Shown: positions 63,816 to 64,000 of the stretch, piece after piece
Position numbering within the stretch: position 1 is the first letter of the stretch
Layout: each line of letters starts with the position of its first letter
Origin: Eledone cirrhosa
Lineage: Eukaryota
DNA length: 64,000 nucleotides
Direction: 5' to 3'
NCBI GenBank assembly: GCA_964016885.1
Contig: OZ024740.1
Coordinates: 372,806,001-372,870,000 of the forward strand
The notes under the pieces: model-generated
What the model was told of the DNA's origin: nothing
The model's database searches: none
What the model saw: only the letters and a program-made list of their open reading frames with translations
Position numbers and translations under genes: made by a program

Positions 63816-64000
63816 AGAAGGTAGTACAGCATAATCGAAGCTCTGGTTGCGGGCAAGTTAACGAACGGTGTCGGGAAGTGCAGACAAAAGCACTCAATGA
63901 GGAATTTTACCTTAGAGTTACAACATACGTTTAGACAGCTATGCAAATTGAAGCCAAGAGAGAGAGAGAGAGACAGACAGACAGTGAGAGAGAGAGAGAG

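Overview
AT-rich, microsatellite-dense animal DNA with abundant (TA)n, (CA)n and (TTA)n tracts. The repeat landscape suggests a coleoid cephalopod such as Octopus (inference). The only host coding sequence I can support is one 146-bp minus-strand exon (50616-50761) of a nicotinic acetylcholine receptor-type pentameric ligand-gated channel, so most of the window is probably its long introns. These are filled with decayed mobile elements: two copies of one RTE LINE family plus an older RTE relic, three Tx1/L1-like LINEs, two Dong/R4 fragments, a near-complete Neptune-like Penelope element plus several Penelope 3' fragments, a Gypsy LTR element, a non-autonomous Helitron, a MITE and SINEs. The most notable signals are: (1) about a dozen type I hammerhead-ribozyme-like motifs at Penelope-type ends, including U3, U3-A8 and G12-substituted variants and one with compensatory covariation; (2) a 13-kb Dong/Tx1/Dong/Tx1 array stacked in one (TTA)n microsatellite, whose two Tx1 copies share ORF2 but have different ORF1s; (3) large and interleaved inverted repeats; (4) a pre-miRNA-like hairpin. 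All structures were read by eye and none has been verified by folding software or database search.
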